Part shown: in pieces, positions 25,721 to 35,892 of the stretch
Position numbering within the stretch: position 1 is the stretch's first letter
Layout of the letters: each line of letters opens with the position of its first letter
IMG/VR virus record: IMGVR_UViG_3300008952_000003
Location: 1-64,000 of that record
Source of the DNA: a virus
DNA length: 64,000 nucleotides
Reading direction: 5' to 3' (one strand)
Made by a program: the position numbers and the translations under genes
Notes under the pieces: model-generated
Databases searched by the model: none
Told to the model about the DNA's origin: nothing
Seen by the model: only the letters and a program-made list of their open reading frames with translations

Positions 25721-26481
25721 TGCCACATATATCATTTTCAGAACTTAAGAATTGGACATTTTGTCCATTTTATCATAAGCTGACTTATATCGATAAAATT
25801 AGAGCATTTCTGGGAAATGAGTATACTGCTTTTGGCACAGCTATTCACACTGTTTGTGAGAGCAAGCTTCTCAAAAAGAATACGGATTCTTTTGAAGAGT
25901 TCAAAGCTGAGTTTATCAAGGAAATTTCAAACCTCCCAGAAGAAGTGGAGCTTAACGAAAAGCTCATCGTAGAAATGGGAAAGCAAGCAAAGAATATCAT
26001 CCCAAAAATCGAACCGGAATTTGAAAATTATTTTGGTAATTGTGAGATTGTTTCGACAGAGGAACAATTGATGGAGCCACTGGAAGATACTGGATATAAT
26101 TTTAAAGGATATATCGATGCGGTAGTAAAGACTGAAGATGGGAAATACCACATCATCGATTGGAAATCTTGTTCTTGGGGCTGGGATTCCAGAAGGCGTT
26201 CCGATCCGATGGTGACATATCAACTTACTTTGTATAAAATCTTTTTCGCACAAAAGCACGGATTAGATTTGTCTGATATCGAGACTCACTTCGCACTATT
26301 GAAGAGGACTGCGAAAAAAGATCAAGTAGAGATATTCAGAGTTACTAGTGGGAACAAGAAGATGCAAAATGCTAAAAGCCTATTGGATAAGGCGATTTAC
26401 AATATAGATAAAAAGAATTTCATAAAAGATAAGAGATCATGTGCTAAATGTGAATTTCACAAAACTAAGCACTGTCCCTAG
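25720..26481 (+). CDS. PD-(D/E)XK exonuclease, RecB/Cas4-like, with probable Fe-S Cys staple
   Basis: ISFSELK..TFCP, FKGYIDAV...IIDWKS, YQLTLY and a C-terminal CAKC......CP. Confidence 0.85.
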   Translation: MPHISFSELKNWTFCPFYHKLTYIDKIRAFLGNEYTAFGTAIHTVCESKLLKKNTDSFEEFKAEFIKEISNLPEEVELNEKLIVEMGKQAKNIIPKIEPEFENYFGNCEIVSTEEQLMEPLEDTGYNFKGYIDAVVKTEDGKYHIIDWKSCSWGWDSRRRSDPMVTYQLTLYKIFFAQKHGLDLSDIETHFALLKRTAKKDQVEIFRVTSGNKKMQNAKSLLDKAIYNIDKKNFIKDKRSCAKCEFHKTKHCP

Positions 26482-26489
26482 AGGTGTGA

Positions 26490-27755
26490 ATGTCAGAAAC
26501 AGAAAAGAAGAAAATATTGGTCATCAGTGACCATCCGATGGCTCCATCCGGAGTAGGAACACAGACTAAATATGTTATTGAAGCCCTGATAAAGACAGGT
26601 CGATATAAATTTATCTGTCTTGGTGGCGCAATGAAGCACTCCAACTATAAGGCAATTAAAGTAGAGCCTTGGGGCTCTGACTGGATCATAGCACCAGTTA
26701 ATGGCTATGGAACACAAGAGGTTGTAAGATCACTGATACACCAGGAGAAGCCAGACTTGTTGTGGTTCATGACAGACCCCAGATTTTACGGGTGGCTGTG
26801 GGATATTGAAAATGAAATAAGGTGCAATGTCCCGATGTTATACTATCATGTGTGGGATAACTATCCATATCCAACATACAATAAAAGATTTTATGAGTCG
26901 ACAGATGTTATAGCTTCTATCTCGAAAGTTACTCACGATATCGTTAACAAGGTGGCCCCCGGAGTAGAGAATCACTATGTTCCCCATGCCGTTGATACGG
27001 AGTCGTTCTATCCATTTCCGGACGAGACCATCAAAGGAATAAAGAGGGAGCACTTTGGAGAGAACGATTCAAAAGTGACTTTCTTTTGGAACAACAGAAA
27101 TGCCAGGAGAAAGATGAGCGGCTCTCTTATTTTTTGGTTTAATGAATTCGCGAAAGAAGTGGGTCCAGATAATGTTCGCCTGATAATGCATACCGACCCA
27201 AAAGACCAGCATGGTCAAAATCTGGAAAAGATAATAAAGTCCTTGAATGCTGACGATGGCCGCATAATGTTGTCTACCAAGAAAGTATCTTCGAGGGATT
27301 TAGGAGCATTTTATAATATTGCTGATTGTACGGTCAATATTGCAGACGCCGAAGGTTTTGGGTTGGCTACGCTAGAATCTCTGTCGTGTGGGACACCAAT
27401 TATTGTTAGTATGACTGGCGGACTCCAAGAGCAAGTAACTGACGGAGAAGAGTGGTTCGGAGTAGGCATTGAGCCAGCCTCAAAAGCCGTAATAGGGTCT
27501 CAGGAGGTTCCATTTATTTATGAGGATCGGGTCTCGAAAGAGGATTTTATCACCGCATTAAAGAAGATATATAATATGACGAAAGAGGAGAGGAAGCTCT
27601 TGGGAATGAAGGGTCGCAACCATGTAACTAAGAACTATAATTTTTCCGAGTTCAATAAAAGATGGGTCGATTTGGTTGACTCTGTTATCGAAAAGCGTGG
27701 ATCTTGGAGTACGAGAAAGGGGTACCAACCTTGGGAGTTGAGAGAAATAAAATGA
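26490..27755 (+). CDS. glycosyltransferase family 4 (GT-B)
   Basis: ISDHP...GVGTQ, FFWNNRNARRK, EGFGLATLESLSCGTPII. Confidence 0.85.
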   Translation: MSETEKKKILVISDHPMAPSGVGTQTKYVIEALIKTGRYKFICLGGAMKHSNYKAIKVEPWGSDWIIAPVNGYGTQEVVRSLIHQEKPDLLWFMTDPRFYGWLWDIENEIRCNVPMLYYHVWDNYPYPTYNKRFYESTDVIASISKVTHDIVNKVAPGVENHYVPHAVDTESFYPFPDETIKGIKREHFGENDSKVTFFWNNRNARRKMSGSLIFWFNEFAKEVGPDNVRLIMHTDPKDQHGQNLEKIIKSLNADDGRIMLSTKKVSSRDLGAFYNIADCTVNIADAEGFGLATLESLSCGTPIIVSMTGGLQEQVTDGEEWFGVGIEPASKAVIGSQEVPFIYEDRVSKEDFITALKKIYNMTKEERKLLGMKGRNHVTKNYNFSEFNKRWVDLVDSVIEKRGSWSTRKGYQPWELREIK

Positions 27756-29020
27756 AACAAAAGATAGTCTTAAGGGGTCCGGTCTTATCTCAATCCGGAT
27801 ACGGTGAACAAGCTCGATTCGCCCTCAGATCACTCAGATCAAGGGAGGATATTTTTGATATTTATGTTATTCCAATTGCTTGGGGAAAAACTGGCTGGGT
27901 TAGTCTTGATAATGAGGAACGCCGCTGGCTCGACTCAGCCATAGCCAAGACGAATGTGTTTTTATCAAACAAGGGTACTTTTGATTTATCTCTGCAGGTC
28001 ACTATACCTAATGAGTGGGAGAAGATAGCGCCTATCAACATCGGGTACACTGCAGGAATTGAGACAACCAAAGTGGCCCCAATTTGGCTCCAAAAAGCAA
28101 ACGAAATGGATAAAATCATAGTTGTATCAAATCACGCAAAAGATGTATTTGAGAAAACAATTTACCAAGGAACAGATAAGAATACTGGCGCCCAAATAAC
28201 ATTGCGATGTTTTACTCCCATTGATGTGGTTAACTACCCAGTTCGTATTTTTGAGAAAGAAAAATTGAGACTCAAGTTGGATCATGATTTTAACTATCTC
28301 GCAGTCTCTCAGTGGGGCCCTAGAAAAAATTTAGACAACTTGATTAACTGGTTTATTGAAGAGAATTTCGATCAAGAAGTTGGGCTAGTTTTAAAGATTT
28401 CTACTAAAAATAATTCTTTGATGGATAGGAATAATACAGAGAATAGGCTTAAGCATCTTCTGGAAAAGCATAAAGATAGGAAATGCAAGGTTTATCTCCT
28501 CCATGGAGACTTGTCAGACGGCCAGATGACCTCTCTGTATCAAAATTCTAAAATCAAGTGCCTGATCTCAACCACTCATGGCGAGGGTTATGGCCTGCCA
28601 TTGTTCGAAGCAGCTTACAACGGAATTCCAGTCGTGGTCTCAGCGTGGTCCGGACATACTGATTTCTTATATATTCCAGATCCCAAAAGAGAGGGAAAAA
28701 AGAAGCCAATGTTCGCATCCGTGAACTATGAGTTAAAAGAGGTTCAAAAGTACGCAGTCTGGGAAGGCGTTATCCAGCCAGATTCACAGTGGTGTTATCC
28801 AGAAGAGGGCAGCTTTAAGAGGCGATTGAGAGAGGTTCGAACTCAGTATTCTCGCTTTAAGAGGAATGCGACTAAGCTGAAGAAGCATCTTATTGAGAAT
28901 TTTACAGAAGAGAAGCAATATGGTGAATTTGTTAGTGCGATTCCTGGCATTGATTCGAGTCCATTTGACGCAAAATCCTGGTTTGATGAGTTGAATAGTG
29001 ATATTAAAGAGGTAGAATGA
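27752..29020 (+). CDS. glycosyltransferase family 4-like
   Basis: SQSGYGEQAR, SQWGPRKN, HGEGYGLPLFEAAYNGIPVV. ATGA coupling. Confidence 0.85.
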   Translation: MKQKIVLRGPVLSQSGYGEQARFALRSLRSREDIFDIYVIPIAWGKTGWVSLDNEERRWLDSAIAKTNVFLSNKGTFDLSLQVTIPNEWEKIAPINIGYTAGIETTKVAPIWLQKANEMDKIIVVSNHAKDVFEKTIYQGTDKNTGAQITLRCFTPIDVVNYPVRIFEKEKLRLKLDHDFNYLAVSQWGPRKNLDNLINWFIEENFDQEVGLVLKISTKNNSLMDRNNTENRLKHLLEKHKDRKCKVYLLHGDLSDGQMTSLYQNSKIKCLISTTHGEGYGLPLFEAAYNGIPVVVSAWSGHTDFLYIPDPKREGKKKPMFASVNYELKEVQKYAVWEGVIQPDSQWCYPEEGSFKRRLREVRTQYSRFKRNATKLKKHLIENFTEEKQYGEFVSAIPGIDSSPFDAKSWFDELNSDIKEVE

Positions 29021-29856
29021 GCTTTGTATTTGTAGCAGACTTTTTTGCAGATGAAATATTGGGAGGAGGGGAACTAAACAATGAGGAATTGATCTCTCTT
29101 CTCTCTGTAGAATCATCAGTCATTAGGGTAAAAAGTACTGCAGCTACTTTGGACTTTTTGCGAGAACACAAAGAAAAACACTTTATCATATCTAATTTTA
29201 TCGGCCTTAAGGAAGAGTGCAAATCTTATTTATCAGAAGTGAAATACGTGATTTATGAACACGATCACAAATATATAAGATCAAGAAATCCTGCGATGTA
29301 TGAAGACTATTTAGCTCCGAAATCAGAAATCGTAAATTATGAATTTTATAAGAATGCCCAAGCAGTATTTTGTCAATCAGCTTTTCACGCTGAAATAGTT
29401 AGAAAAAATCTAGATTTAGAAAACATAGTAAACTTGGGTGGAAATCTGTGGTCTGAAGAGTCCCTAGAGAGGATGCTGGAATACTCCAAGAAGAAAAAAT
29501 TGAAAAAGTGTTCCATCATGGCATCGAACATAGAGCATAAAAATACTCGGGAAGCAGTTCAATATTGCGAATATAAGAGGATTCCTTATGAACTAATTCA
29601 CAGTTCTCCATATTACGAGTTCTTGGACAAACTGAGCAATAATCTTAAATTGGTGTTTTTCCCAAAGACTCCGGAAACACTATCGAGAATAGTCGTAGAA
29701 GCCAGAATGATGGACATGGGAGTGACCACAAACTCCAGAGTCGGAGCATCGAGTGAGGACTGGTTTGAGAAAAAGGGTGAAGAACTGATCAGTATTATGA
29801 GGTTGAAGCGACAAGAAATCTTAGAAAAAGTATTGGCGGCATTTGAAAATGAGTAA
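29017..29856 (+). CDS. glycosyltransferase-like (GT-B) protein
   Basis: GGGELNN N-terminus and ETLSRIVVEARMMD, a degenerate E-x7-E. Confidence 0.65.
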   Translation: MSFVFVADFFADEILGGGELNNEELISLLSVESSVIRVKSTAATLDFLREHKEKHFIISNFIGLKEECKSYLSEVKYVIYEHDHKYIRSRNPAMYEDYLAPKSEIVNYEFYKNAQAVFCQSAFHAEIVRKNLDLENIVNLGGNLWSEESLERMLEYSKKKKLKKCSIMASNIEHKNTREAVQYCEYKRIPYELIHSSPYYEFLDKLSNNLKLVFFPKTPETLSRIVVEARMMDMGVTTNSRVGASSEDWFEKKGEELISIMRLKRQEILEKVLAAFENE

Positions 29857-30598
29857 CCATTTTAAAATTATTATTCCACTATATAACGTGGAAGAATGGA
29901 TAAAAATCTGCTTGAGATCTGTAAAAGCTCAGACCTATCAGGATTACCAATGTATCATAGTTGATGATATTTCTACAGATGGTAGTGCTGATGTTATAAA
30001 GAAAGAAATTGCGTCAGACGACCGCTTTCTGCTCGTTGAAAATAAAGAAAAGAAGTATGCCCTAAGAAATATTTACGAAGCCATAGAGCTATCAAATCCG
30101 GCCAAAGAAGACATAATTGTTACCTTAGATGGCGATGATTGGCTGGCTAGCCGCGATGTGCTATCAACATTGAATGATGTTTACTCTAAGAACGATTGTT
30201 GGATTACTTATGGTAGCTATGCAGAATATCCTTCTGGAAGAAGAGGCAAATTTTCAAAACAAATCCCACAGCATATCATAAATGAATCTTCTTATCGGAG
30301 AAATCCGTGGAGCGCCTCTCATTTGAGGACTTTCAAATATAAGCTTTGGAGTAAAATAGAAAGAGAAGATCTTTTAGATTCTGATGGAAATTTTTATGAA
30401 ATGGCTTGGGATCTGTCTTTTATGTTTCCTATGTTAGAGATGGCCGGCCCCAGAAGTCTCTATGTGCAAGATATTCTTTACAGTTATAATCTATCGAACC
30501 CGCTAAACGACCACAAAAAAGATCACTCCAAGCAGCTTAGACTCGAATCAGAGATAAGAAGAAAAAAGCCATACGACCCATGGAATGGGGTAGTATGA
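29849..30598 (+). CDS. glycosyltransferase family 2
   Basis: IIIPLYN, IVDDISTDGS and TLDGDDW motifs. Confidence 0.88.
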   Translation: MSNHFKIIIPLYNVEEWIKICLRSVKAQTYQDYQCIIVDDISTDGSADVIKKEIASDDRFLLVENKEKKYALRNIYEAIELSNPAKEDIIVTLDGDDWLASRDVLSTLNDVYSKNDCWITYGSYAEYPSGRRGKFSKQIPQHIINESSYRRNPWSASHLRTFKYKLWSKIEREDLLDSDGNFYEMAWDLSFMFPMLEMAGPRSLYVQDILYSYNLSNPLNDHKKDHSKQLRLESEIRRKKPYDPWNGVV

Positions 30599-31371
30599 TA
30601 ACGGCATATCTTCAGGGTGGGCTTGGAAATCAAATGTTTCAGATTTCTGCGGCAGTAGCACTAGCTCTAAAAAATGACGACCAGGCTGTATTTGATGTGA
30701 GTAAGCATCACTTGCCACTGCAGGGCAGACGTTGTGAAAATTATGCAGATAATATTTTTAGAAATATTAAATTTGCAAATATACAAAATATAGAAAACAT
30801 ATATAATGAGCCATCCTTGAGTTATTCAAAGATTCCCTACAAGAATAATCTGCAAATACGAGGATACTTTCAGAGTGAGAAGTATTTTGTCAATCACGAG
30901 AAAGAAATAAGAAATCTGTTTGCCTCATCTTTGGAAATTGAAAAATATATTGACTCAAAATATGGGCACGACTTATCAAAAAGCAATATTACTTCAATTC
31001 ATATTCGAAGAGGAGACTATTTAAAATTTAGCGACACTCACCCGCCTTGTACAAAGGAGTATTATGCTGCTTGTTTTAGAGAGTTACCTTCCGATACTAC
31101 TTATCTTGTTTTTAGTGATGATCCCGTTTGGTGTGAAGGGAATTTTAAGTCTGATAGATTTAAAGTTATAAGCGGAGAAGAGGATTATATTGATCTTTAT
31201 TTGATGTCTAAGTGTCAAAACAACATCATTGCTAACAGCAGTTTTAGTTGGTGGGCAGCATGGCTCAATAACAATGAGAGCAAGAGGGTTTTCGCACCAA
31301 AAAGATGGTTCGGATCTTCCGGCCCAACTGATACGAGCGATATTATTCCAGGCGCCTGGGAGCTAAGATGA
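30595..31371 (+). CDS. GT11 alpha-1,2-fucosyltransferase
   Basis: LQGGLGNQMFQ, GYFQSEKYF, SIHIRRGDY and IIANSSFSWWAAWL. Confidence 0.9.
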   Translation: MITAYLQGGLGNQMFQISAAVALALKNDDQAVFDVSKHHLPLQGRRCENYADNIFRNIKFANIQNIENIYNEPSLSYSKIPYKNNLQIRGYFQSEKYFVNHEKEIRNLFASSLEIEKYIDSKYGHDLSKSNITSIHIRRGDYLKFSDTHPPCTKEYYAACFRELPSDTTYLVFSDDPVWCEGNFKSDRFKVISGEEDYIDLYLMSKCQNNIIANSSFSWWAAWLNNNESKRVFAPKRWFGSSGPTDTSDIIPGAWELR

Positions 31372-32015
31372 TTTCTCATAAGTATCGATTTATGTGTCCG
31401 AGAATAGGAAAAAACGCATCCTCTACGTTGGTTGAGTATTTTAGAAAGTTTGATAATAATTTGATAGATGAGGGCCACGAATCAGTCTTAGGTCGCGGTT
31501 TTGAATCATTCGTGAACAGCCGATATATGGCGGAAAGAGATCACAATAAGTATTATAAATTTGCATTCGCAAGAAATCCCTATGATCGCCTAGTCTCAGC
31601 ATATTACGAGTTCAAAAAACCAGAACAATTTCATGACATCAAGAGTTTGGTGAAAAAAGATGAAGAAATCTCTTTGGATGATGTTTTGGAAGGTTTTTCT
31701 AGTTTTGTCGCGATGACCAAAAAATATCCACACATTCACTGGAAAAGCCAGAGAGATATGATTCATGACTCGCAGGGAAACATCCTTGTCCACTACATTG
31801 GGAAGGTTGAGAACATAAAGTTAGACCTTTTCAATATTTGTAATGTCGTGGGTATAAAAAATAAAGACTATTTCATACCAAATGCCAGGAAATCATTGGA
31901 CAAGAAGCATTATGTCGAATATTATGATGACAAGCTGCACAAAGAAGTAGAAAAGATATACAAAAATGACTTAGATTTTTTTGGATACAGGTTTAGAATT
32001 TTGGAGAAGAATTGA
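31368..32015 (+). CDS. sulfotransferase family 2
   Basis: 5'-PSB RIGKNASST and 3'-PB FARNPYDRLVSAY. Confidence 0.8.
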   Translation: MISHKYRFMCPRIGKNASSTLVEYFRKFDNNLIDEGHESVLGRGFESFVNSRYMAERDHNKYYKFAFARNPYDRLVSAYYEFKKPEQFHDIKSLVKKDEEISLDDVLEGFSSFVAMTKKYPHIHWKSQRDMIHDSQGNILVHYIGKVENIKLDLFNICNVVGIKNKDYFIPNARKSLDKKHYVEYYDDKLHKEVEKIYKNDLDFFGYRFRILEKN

Positions 32016-32842
32016 AGATAAGCTTTGCATGCAATTGGGGCGAAAACTCAGCAGGGTTGCTAGAAAAATATAGAAAACAGACACCAAATGATTCGGGAGT
32101 TTGGGGTGAAATATCTGCCACTGAAAACCATTCGGAATCTGATTTTGTTGTTTTTTTAGGTAACGGCCCGCGCGGCCTTGGGCACTCCCTTGGTAAAACA
32201 ATTCACTTCCGTAGAGAGCCAGATTTTATAGAGAGGCATTTTCCTATTTCCGATGCCTACAAAGCTTTCGATTATGATAGGTGCGGCTACCATGTTTCAA
32301 CTTGGTTTATAGAGAAATCATTTGATGAACTTTCTGAGATGGAATATCCAACAAAAACAAGAAAAATAAGCGCGATATCCTCATCAAAGTGGTCTCATAG
32401 AAATCATTTTTTACACTCCACCAGCGCCTTGTTTGGTCGTGGGGAGATTGATTTCTATGGTCGAGGCCTCGCCGCTGTCGTAGGTCCAGAAAACTATAAG
32501 GGCCTGTTGAACTATAATAAAAATTGCAAGTTTAACGGGCTCGTTGATTATGAATATTCTGTAGCCATAGAGAACTCATCGCAGAGAAATTACTTTACAG
32601 AAAAAATAATCGATTGCTTCTTGTCCTGGACAATTCCGCTTTATTGGGGGTGTCCAAATATTTCAGAATACTTCCCAGAGGGGTCTTATTATCTAATAAA
32701 TGAGCCAAGGGATGTTCTGGAGGCCATTGAGAGGCCAATAGAAAAGGGAAACATTGAAGCCCTCAAAGAAGCTCGCAACTTGGTACTCAATGAATACAAT
32801 ATATGGCCAACAATTGGAAACATTTTATCAGGAGAATACTAA
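32012..32842 (+). CDS. GT10 (alpha-1,3/4-fucosyltransferase-like) protein
   Basis: YEYSVAIENS...YFTEKI.DCF...IPLYWG..NISEYFP. Confidence 0.8.
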   Translation: MKISFACNWGENSAGLLEKYRKQTPNDSGVWGEISATENHSESDFVVFLGNGPRGLGHSLGKTIHFRREPDFIERHFPISDAYKAFDYDRCGYHVSTWFIEKSFDELSEMEYPTKTRKISAISSSKWSHRNHFLHSTSALFGRGEIDFYGRGLAAVVGPENYKGLLNYNKNCKFNGLVDYEYSVAIENSSQRNYFTEKIIDCFLSWTIPLYWGCPNISEYFPEGSYYLINEPRDVLEAIERPIEKGNIEALKEARNLVLNEYNIWPTIGNILSGEY

Positions 32843-33574
32843 ATGATAGCTATTTTATCTTTTCCAAGATCTGGAAACCACTTTACGAGATACATAATTG
32901 AGTTTTTGACTGGGCGCCCAACTATTGGTTGCATGAAAAGTATGTCAACCGATCCAGCAAAAGATTCTCCCATATGTTGCAGAATCGGTCCAAAATTACT
33001 AAAACATGTCAAGTTGAATGACCCGATCGCTAGCAAATATCATTTTGTTTCCGGCTCACCCATTCCTGATTCTTTTGTGCCCATTGAAAGCACAGAAAAG
33101 CTTATTTTAATTTTGCGTCATCCGATAGAGACATGGTTATCACACAGATACGATAAATCTGGAGAAATATTTTCACCATCTACATTTTCAGAGGGTATGG
33201 AAGAGATAGCCACAAAAGACAGTGATAGGTTTTTAGATAATTTAAAGTTTTATGACAAATATGAAAAGCAGAAAATTTGCATTTTTTACGAGGATCTAAT
33301 ATCTTCAAGTCCGCAAGGAACTATTAAGAAAATAGCTGAATTTTTAGATATAGAGGGAGACATTGTTGAACATTTTATAAATAATATTGAAAAATTTAGA
33401 TTCGATAGCCTCAAATCAACCCACAGAAAACCAATATCAGCATTTTCAAATAACTCATCCAATTTCTACTCAGACAGACTTATGCAAGTCGACGAAGGGA
33501 AATATAGAGGCCTAAAGAGGATTTTCGAAAAAACTTTAGAACACCACTTGATCGAGGACAGATATGGACAATAG
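32843..33574 (+). CDS. sulfotransferase domain protein
   Basis: LSFPRSGNHFTR, LILRHP and IFYEDL. Confidence 0.75.
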   Translation: MIAILSFPRSGNHFTRYIIEFLTGRPTIGCMKSMSTDPAKDSPICCRIGPKLLKHVKLNDPIASKYHFVSGSPIPDSFVPIESTEKLILILRHPIETWLSHRYDKSGEIFSPSTFSEGMEEIATKDSDRFLDNLKFYDKYEKQKICIFYEDLISSSPQGTIKKIAEFLDIEGDIVEHFINNIEKFRFDSLKSTHRKPISAFSNNSSNFYSDRLMQVDEGKYRGLKRIFEKTLEHHLIEDRYGQ

Positions 33575-34178
33575 GGAAAATCTTATAAATATCCCCCCCA
33601 GTTGGCATTATTATAGATGTATTTTCGTTCCGATACCAAAAACAGGAACCACAAGCATAAGTCGGTTCATCGCAAAGCCCCACAACCATCCACATCCGGA
33701 TATTTTAGAAATAAAAGAAAATATGATACCAGAAAGATTTGAATCATATTTTAAATTTTCATTTGTGAGAAATCCATGGTCTCGCGCTGTTTCTATTTTT
33801 AAATCTAGGCCATATACGGAGAGGGCATGGTGGGGGCATAAAAGTGGGAATTTTGAAGAATTTGTGGACTCATATGATATGGCTTCTAAATATTGCAGAT
33901 TTCCTTCTGAAAAAAAGAATCAATTAGATTGGCTGTGTGACGAGAATGGTGACTTGCTGGTTGACTATGTGGGTAGGTTCGAGGACTTTGAAAGTGACGC
34001 CCTTGCGATATTCAAAAAGCTTGGGTTCACAAAGGAAAACCTCATAGTTCCACACGAAAACAAGCTGCACGGAAACAAAGATCACTATACATCCCTGTAC
34101 ACCGAGAAGACTATAGAGAAAATATATGAAAATTTTAAAAAAGACATTGAGTATTTTGGATACAAATTTGGAGATTAG
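33564..34178 (+). CDS. sulfotransferase family 2
   Basis: FVPIPKTGTTSI, FVRNPWSRAVS and GRFEDF. Confidence 0.85.
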   Translation: MDNRENLINIPPSWHYYRCIFVPIPKTGTTSISRFIAKPHNHPHPDILEIKENMIPERFESYFKFSFVRNPWSRAVSIFKSRPYTERAWWGHKSGNFEEFVDSYDMASKYCRFPSEKKNQLDWLCDENGDLLVDYVGRFEDFESDALAIFKKLGFTKENLIVPHENKLHGNKDHYTSLYTEKTIEKIYENFKKDIEYFGYKFGD

Positions 34179-34183
34179 GGCGC

Positions 34184-34807
34184 ATGATAATATCACACAA
34201 GCATAAATATATCTTTTGGAAGCCTGGCAAGGTTGGGGGATCGAGTGTATTACAGATGTTGGGGGAATTTTGTGGCCCACAAGATGTCGTCGGCCAACCC
34301 GGAGACCTTGAGGGCCATCAGGCCCGTGGAAAGAATCGCATAGGTGGAAATCACGTACTCCCAGGCCTCATCCGAAGAAACGTAACCAAAAAGCAGTGGG
34401 ACTCTTATTATAAATTTACAATTGTTCGGAATCCGTGGGATGAGATAGTTTCTAGATTCTGGCATGATATACAGAAAGGTAGAATAGAAAATATCGATCT
34501 AAATAGGTTTAGTGAGGTACGGGAGCGTTTTGAGGGTTTTTTACCAAATCAATATAATATAAATTTACAATATTATATTAGTGAATCTAAGCTCCTGGCG
34601 GATCATTATATGAGATTTGAAAATTTATCCGAAGAATATAGATTGATTTGTGATAAAATAAATATACCATACAAAACAATGATAAGAATGAAGTCTCACT
34701 ACAGAAAAGACAAAAGGCCATATCCTGAATATTATTCAGAATCAGGAAAGGAGATGGTCTATGACAGATTTAGGGAGACGATTGACATATTTGGATACGA
34801 ATTCTAG
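34184..34807 (+). CDS. sulfotransferase family 2
   Basis: KPGKVGGSS, IVRNPWDEIVSRF and MRFENL. Confidence 0.8.
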   Translation: MIISHKHKYIFWKPGKVGGSSVLQMLGEFCGPQDVVGQPGDLEGHQARGKNRIGGNHVLPGLIRRNVTKKQWDSYYKFTIVRNPWDEIVSRFWHDIQKGRIENIDLNRFSEVRERFEGFLPNQYNINLQYYISESKLLADHYMRFENLSEEYRLICDKINIPYKTMIRMKSHYRKDKRPYPEYYSESGKEMVYDRFRETIDIFGYEF

Positions 34808-34819
34808 GGAAAAAAGCAG

Positions 34820-35173
34820 ATGAAATTACATATTGGGTGCGGAAGTCGATACATACCAGGATGGACAAATTTAGATATAAATCAAAATGTAAAGGTTGAT
34901 ATATCTGACGATGCTCGTATTTTAAATAAGGTACCAAATTTGTCCTGCGATGTAAATGGCGCAGAAAGAGAATTCATATCTGGGGCGATTGAGGCTCTCA
35001 AAAAAACAAAATATCTTTATATTGAGTTTTGCAAGACGGATAATGGTGAGTTGTTTGAAGGTGCAGTATCTAGAGAGGAAATTTTAGAATTATTGCCATT
35101 TTTTGAAGAAATGTCGGTATATTCATTTTTGGGAAATTATGGAAACACTTTACTTAGGAATAGGACATTATGA
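34820..35173 (+). pseudogene. chimeric methyltransferase remnant (type-11 N-terminus fused to FkbM C-terminus)
   Basis: MKLHIGCG..YIPGW.NLD joins at CD|VNGAE.FI.GA...L..T.YLYIEF. At 117 aa it is too short for either parent. Confidence 0.55.
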
Positions 35174-35877
35174 TTGATTTGAGAGAGTATGCAGAAAAAA
35201 TTTGGAGCCAAAAAGGAGAAGATGGCATTATAAATAAGATATTTGAAGTCCTCAAGATAGAGCACGGACATGCTGTAGAACTGGGCGCGTGGGATGGCAT
35301 AAAATATAGCAATGTCTATAATTTAATTCGACAAGGCTGGTCGGCAACCTTGATTGAGGGTGATCCAGAGAAATATAAGATTCTTTGTGAAAATATGAAA
35401 CAATATTTGTCCGTAACTCCTGTTTTGAGGATGGTCAATCTAAAGCAGGAGAGTAATCTGGGCAATATATTGAACTCCTTTGGTGTCCCGGATGATTTCG
35501 GCATCCTGTCTCTAGATCTCGATGGTTGTGATTACTGGATATGGAGAGATTTGCAACTCAATCCGAAACTAGTAGTTGTTGAATACAACTCCAATTGGGA
35601 AGAGAGCGTTACTGTACCATATAGAGATGAGCATATTTGGGATGGTACGCAATATTACGGCGCGAGCGCCACTGCATTTTTTGAGTTGGCTAAGTCCAGG
35701 GGCTATGATTTGGTTGGCCACACTCCATACGCTAATCTGTTCTTTCTGAAGAGTGACTTAAATAACGAAAGGTTCAAGACGTTAGATTTAGAAACTGGAT
35801 TTCATATATCCAAAAATCATCACAATCCGATGAGTAGAGAACAGATTGATAGCTTGATATATAATCCGCCAATTTAG
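35170..35877 (+). CDS. FkbM-like methyltransferase
   Basis: WSQKGEDGII, VELGAWDG, LIEGD, ILSLDLDGCDYWIW and VVVEYN. Confidence 0.75.
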   Translation: MIDLREYAEKIWSQKGEDGIINKIFEVLKIEHGHAVELGAWDGIKYSNVYNLIRQGWSATLIEGDPEKYKILCENMKQYLSVTPVLRMVNLKQESNLGNILNSFGVPDDFGILSLDLDGCDYWIWRDLQLNPKLVVVEYNSNWEESVTVPYRDEHIWDGTQYYGASATAFFELAKSRGYDLVGHTPYANLFFLKSDLNNERFKTLDLETGFHISKNHHNPMSREQIDSLIYNPPI

Positions 35878-35892
35878 AACAAGAGGTGAAGA

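Noticed and set aside
25720-26481. CRISPR-Cas locus based on the Cas4-like gene
   Set aside because: No cas1, cas2, effector gene or array in the window; solo Cas4/RecB-like nucleases are common in phages.
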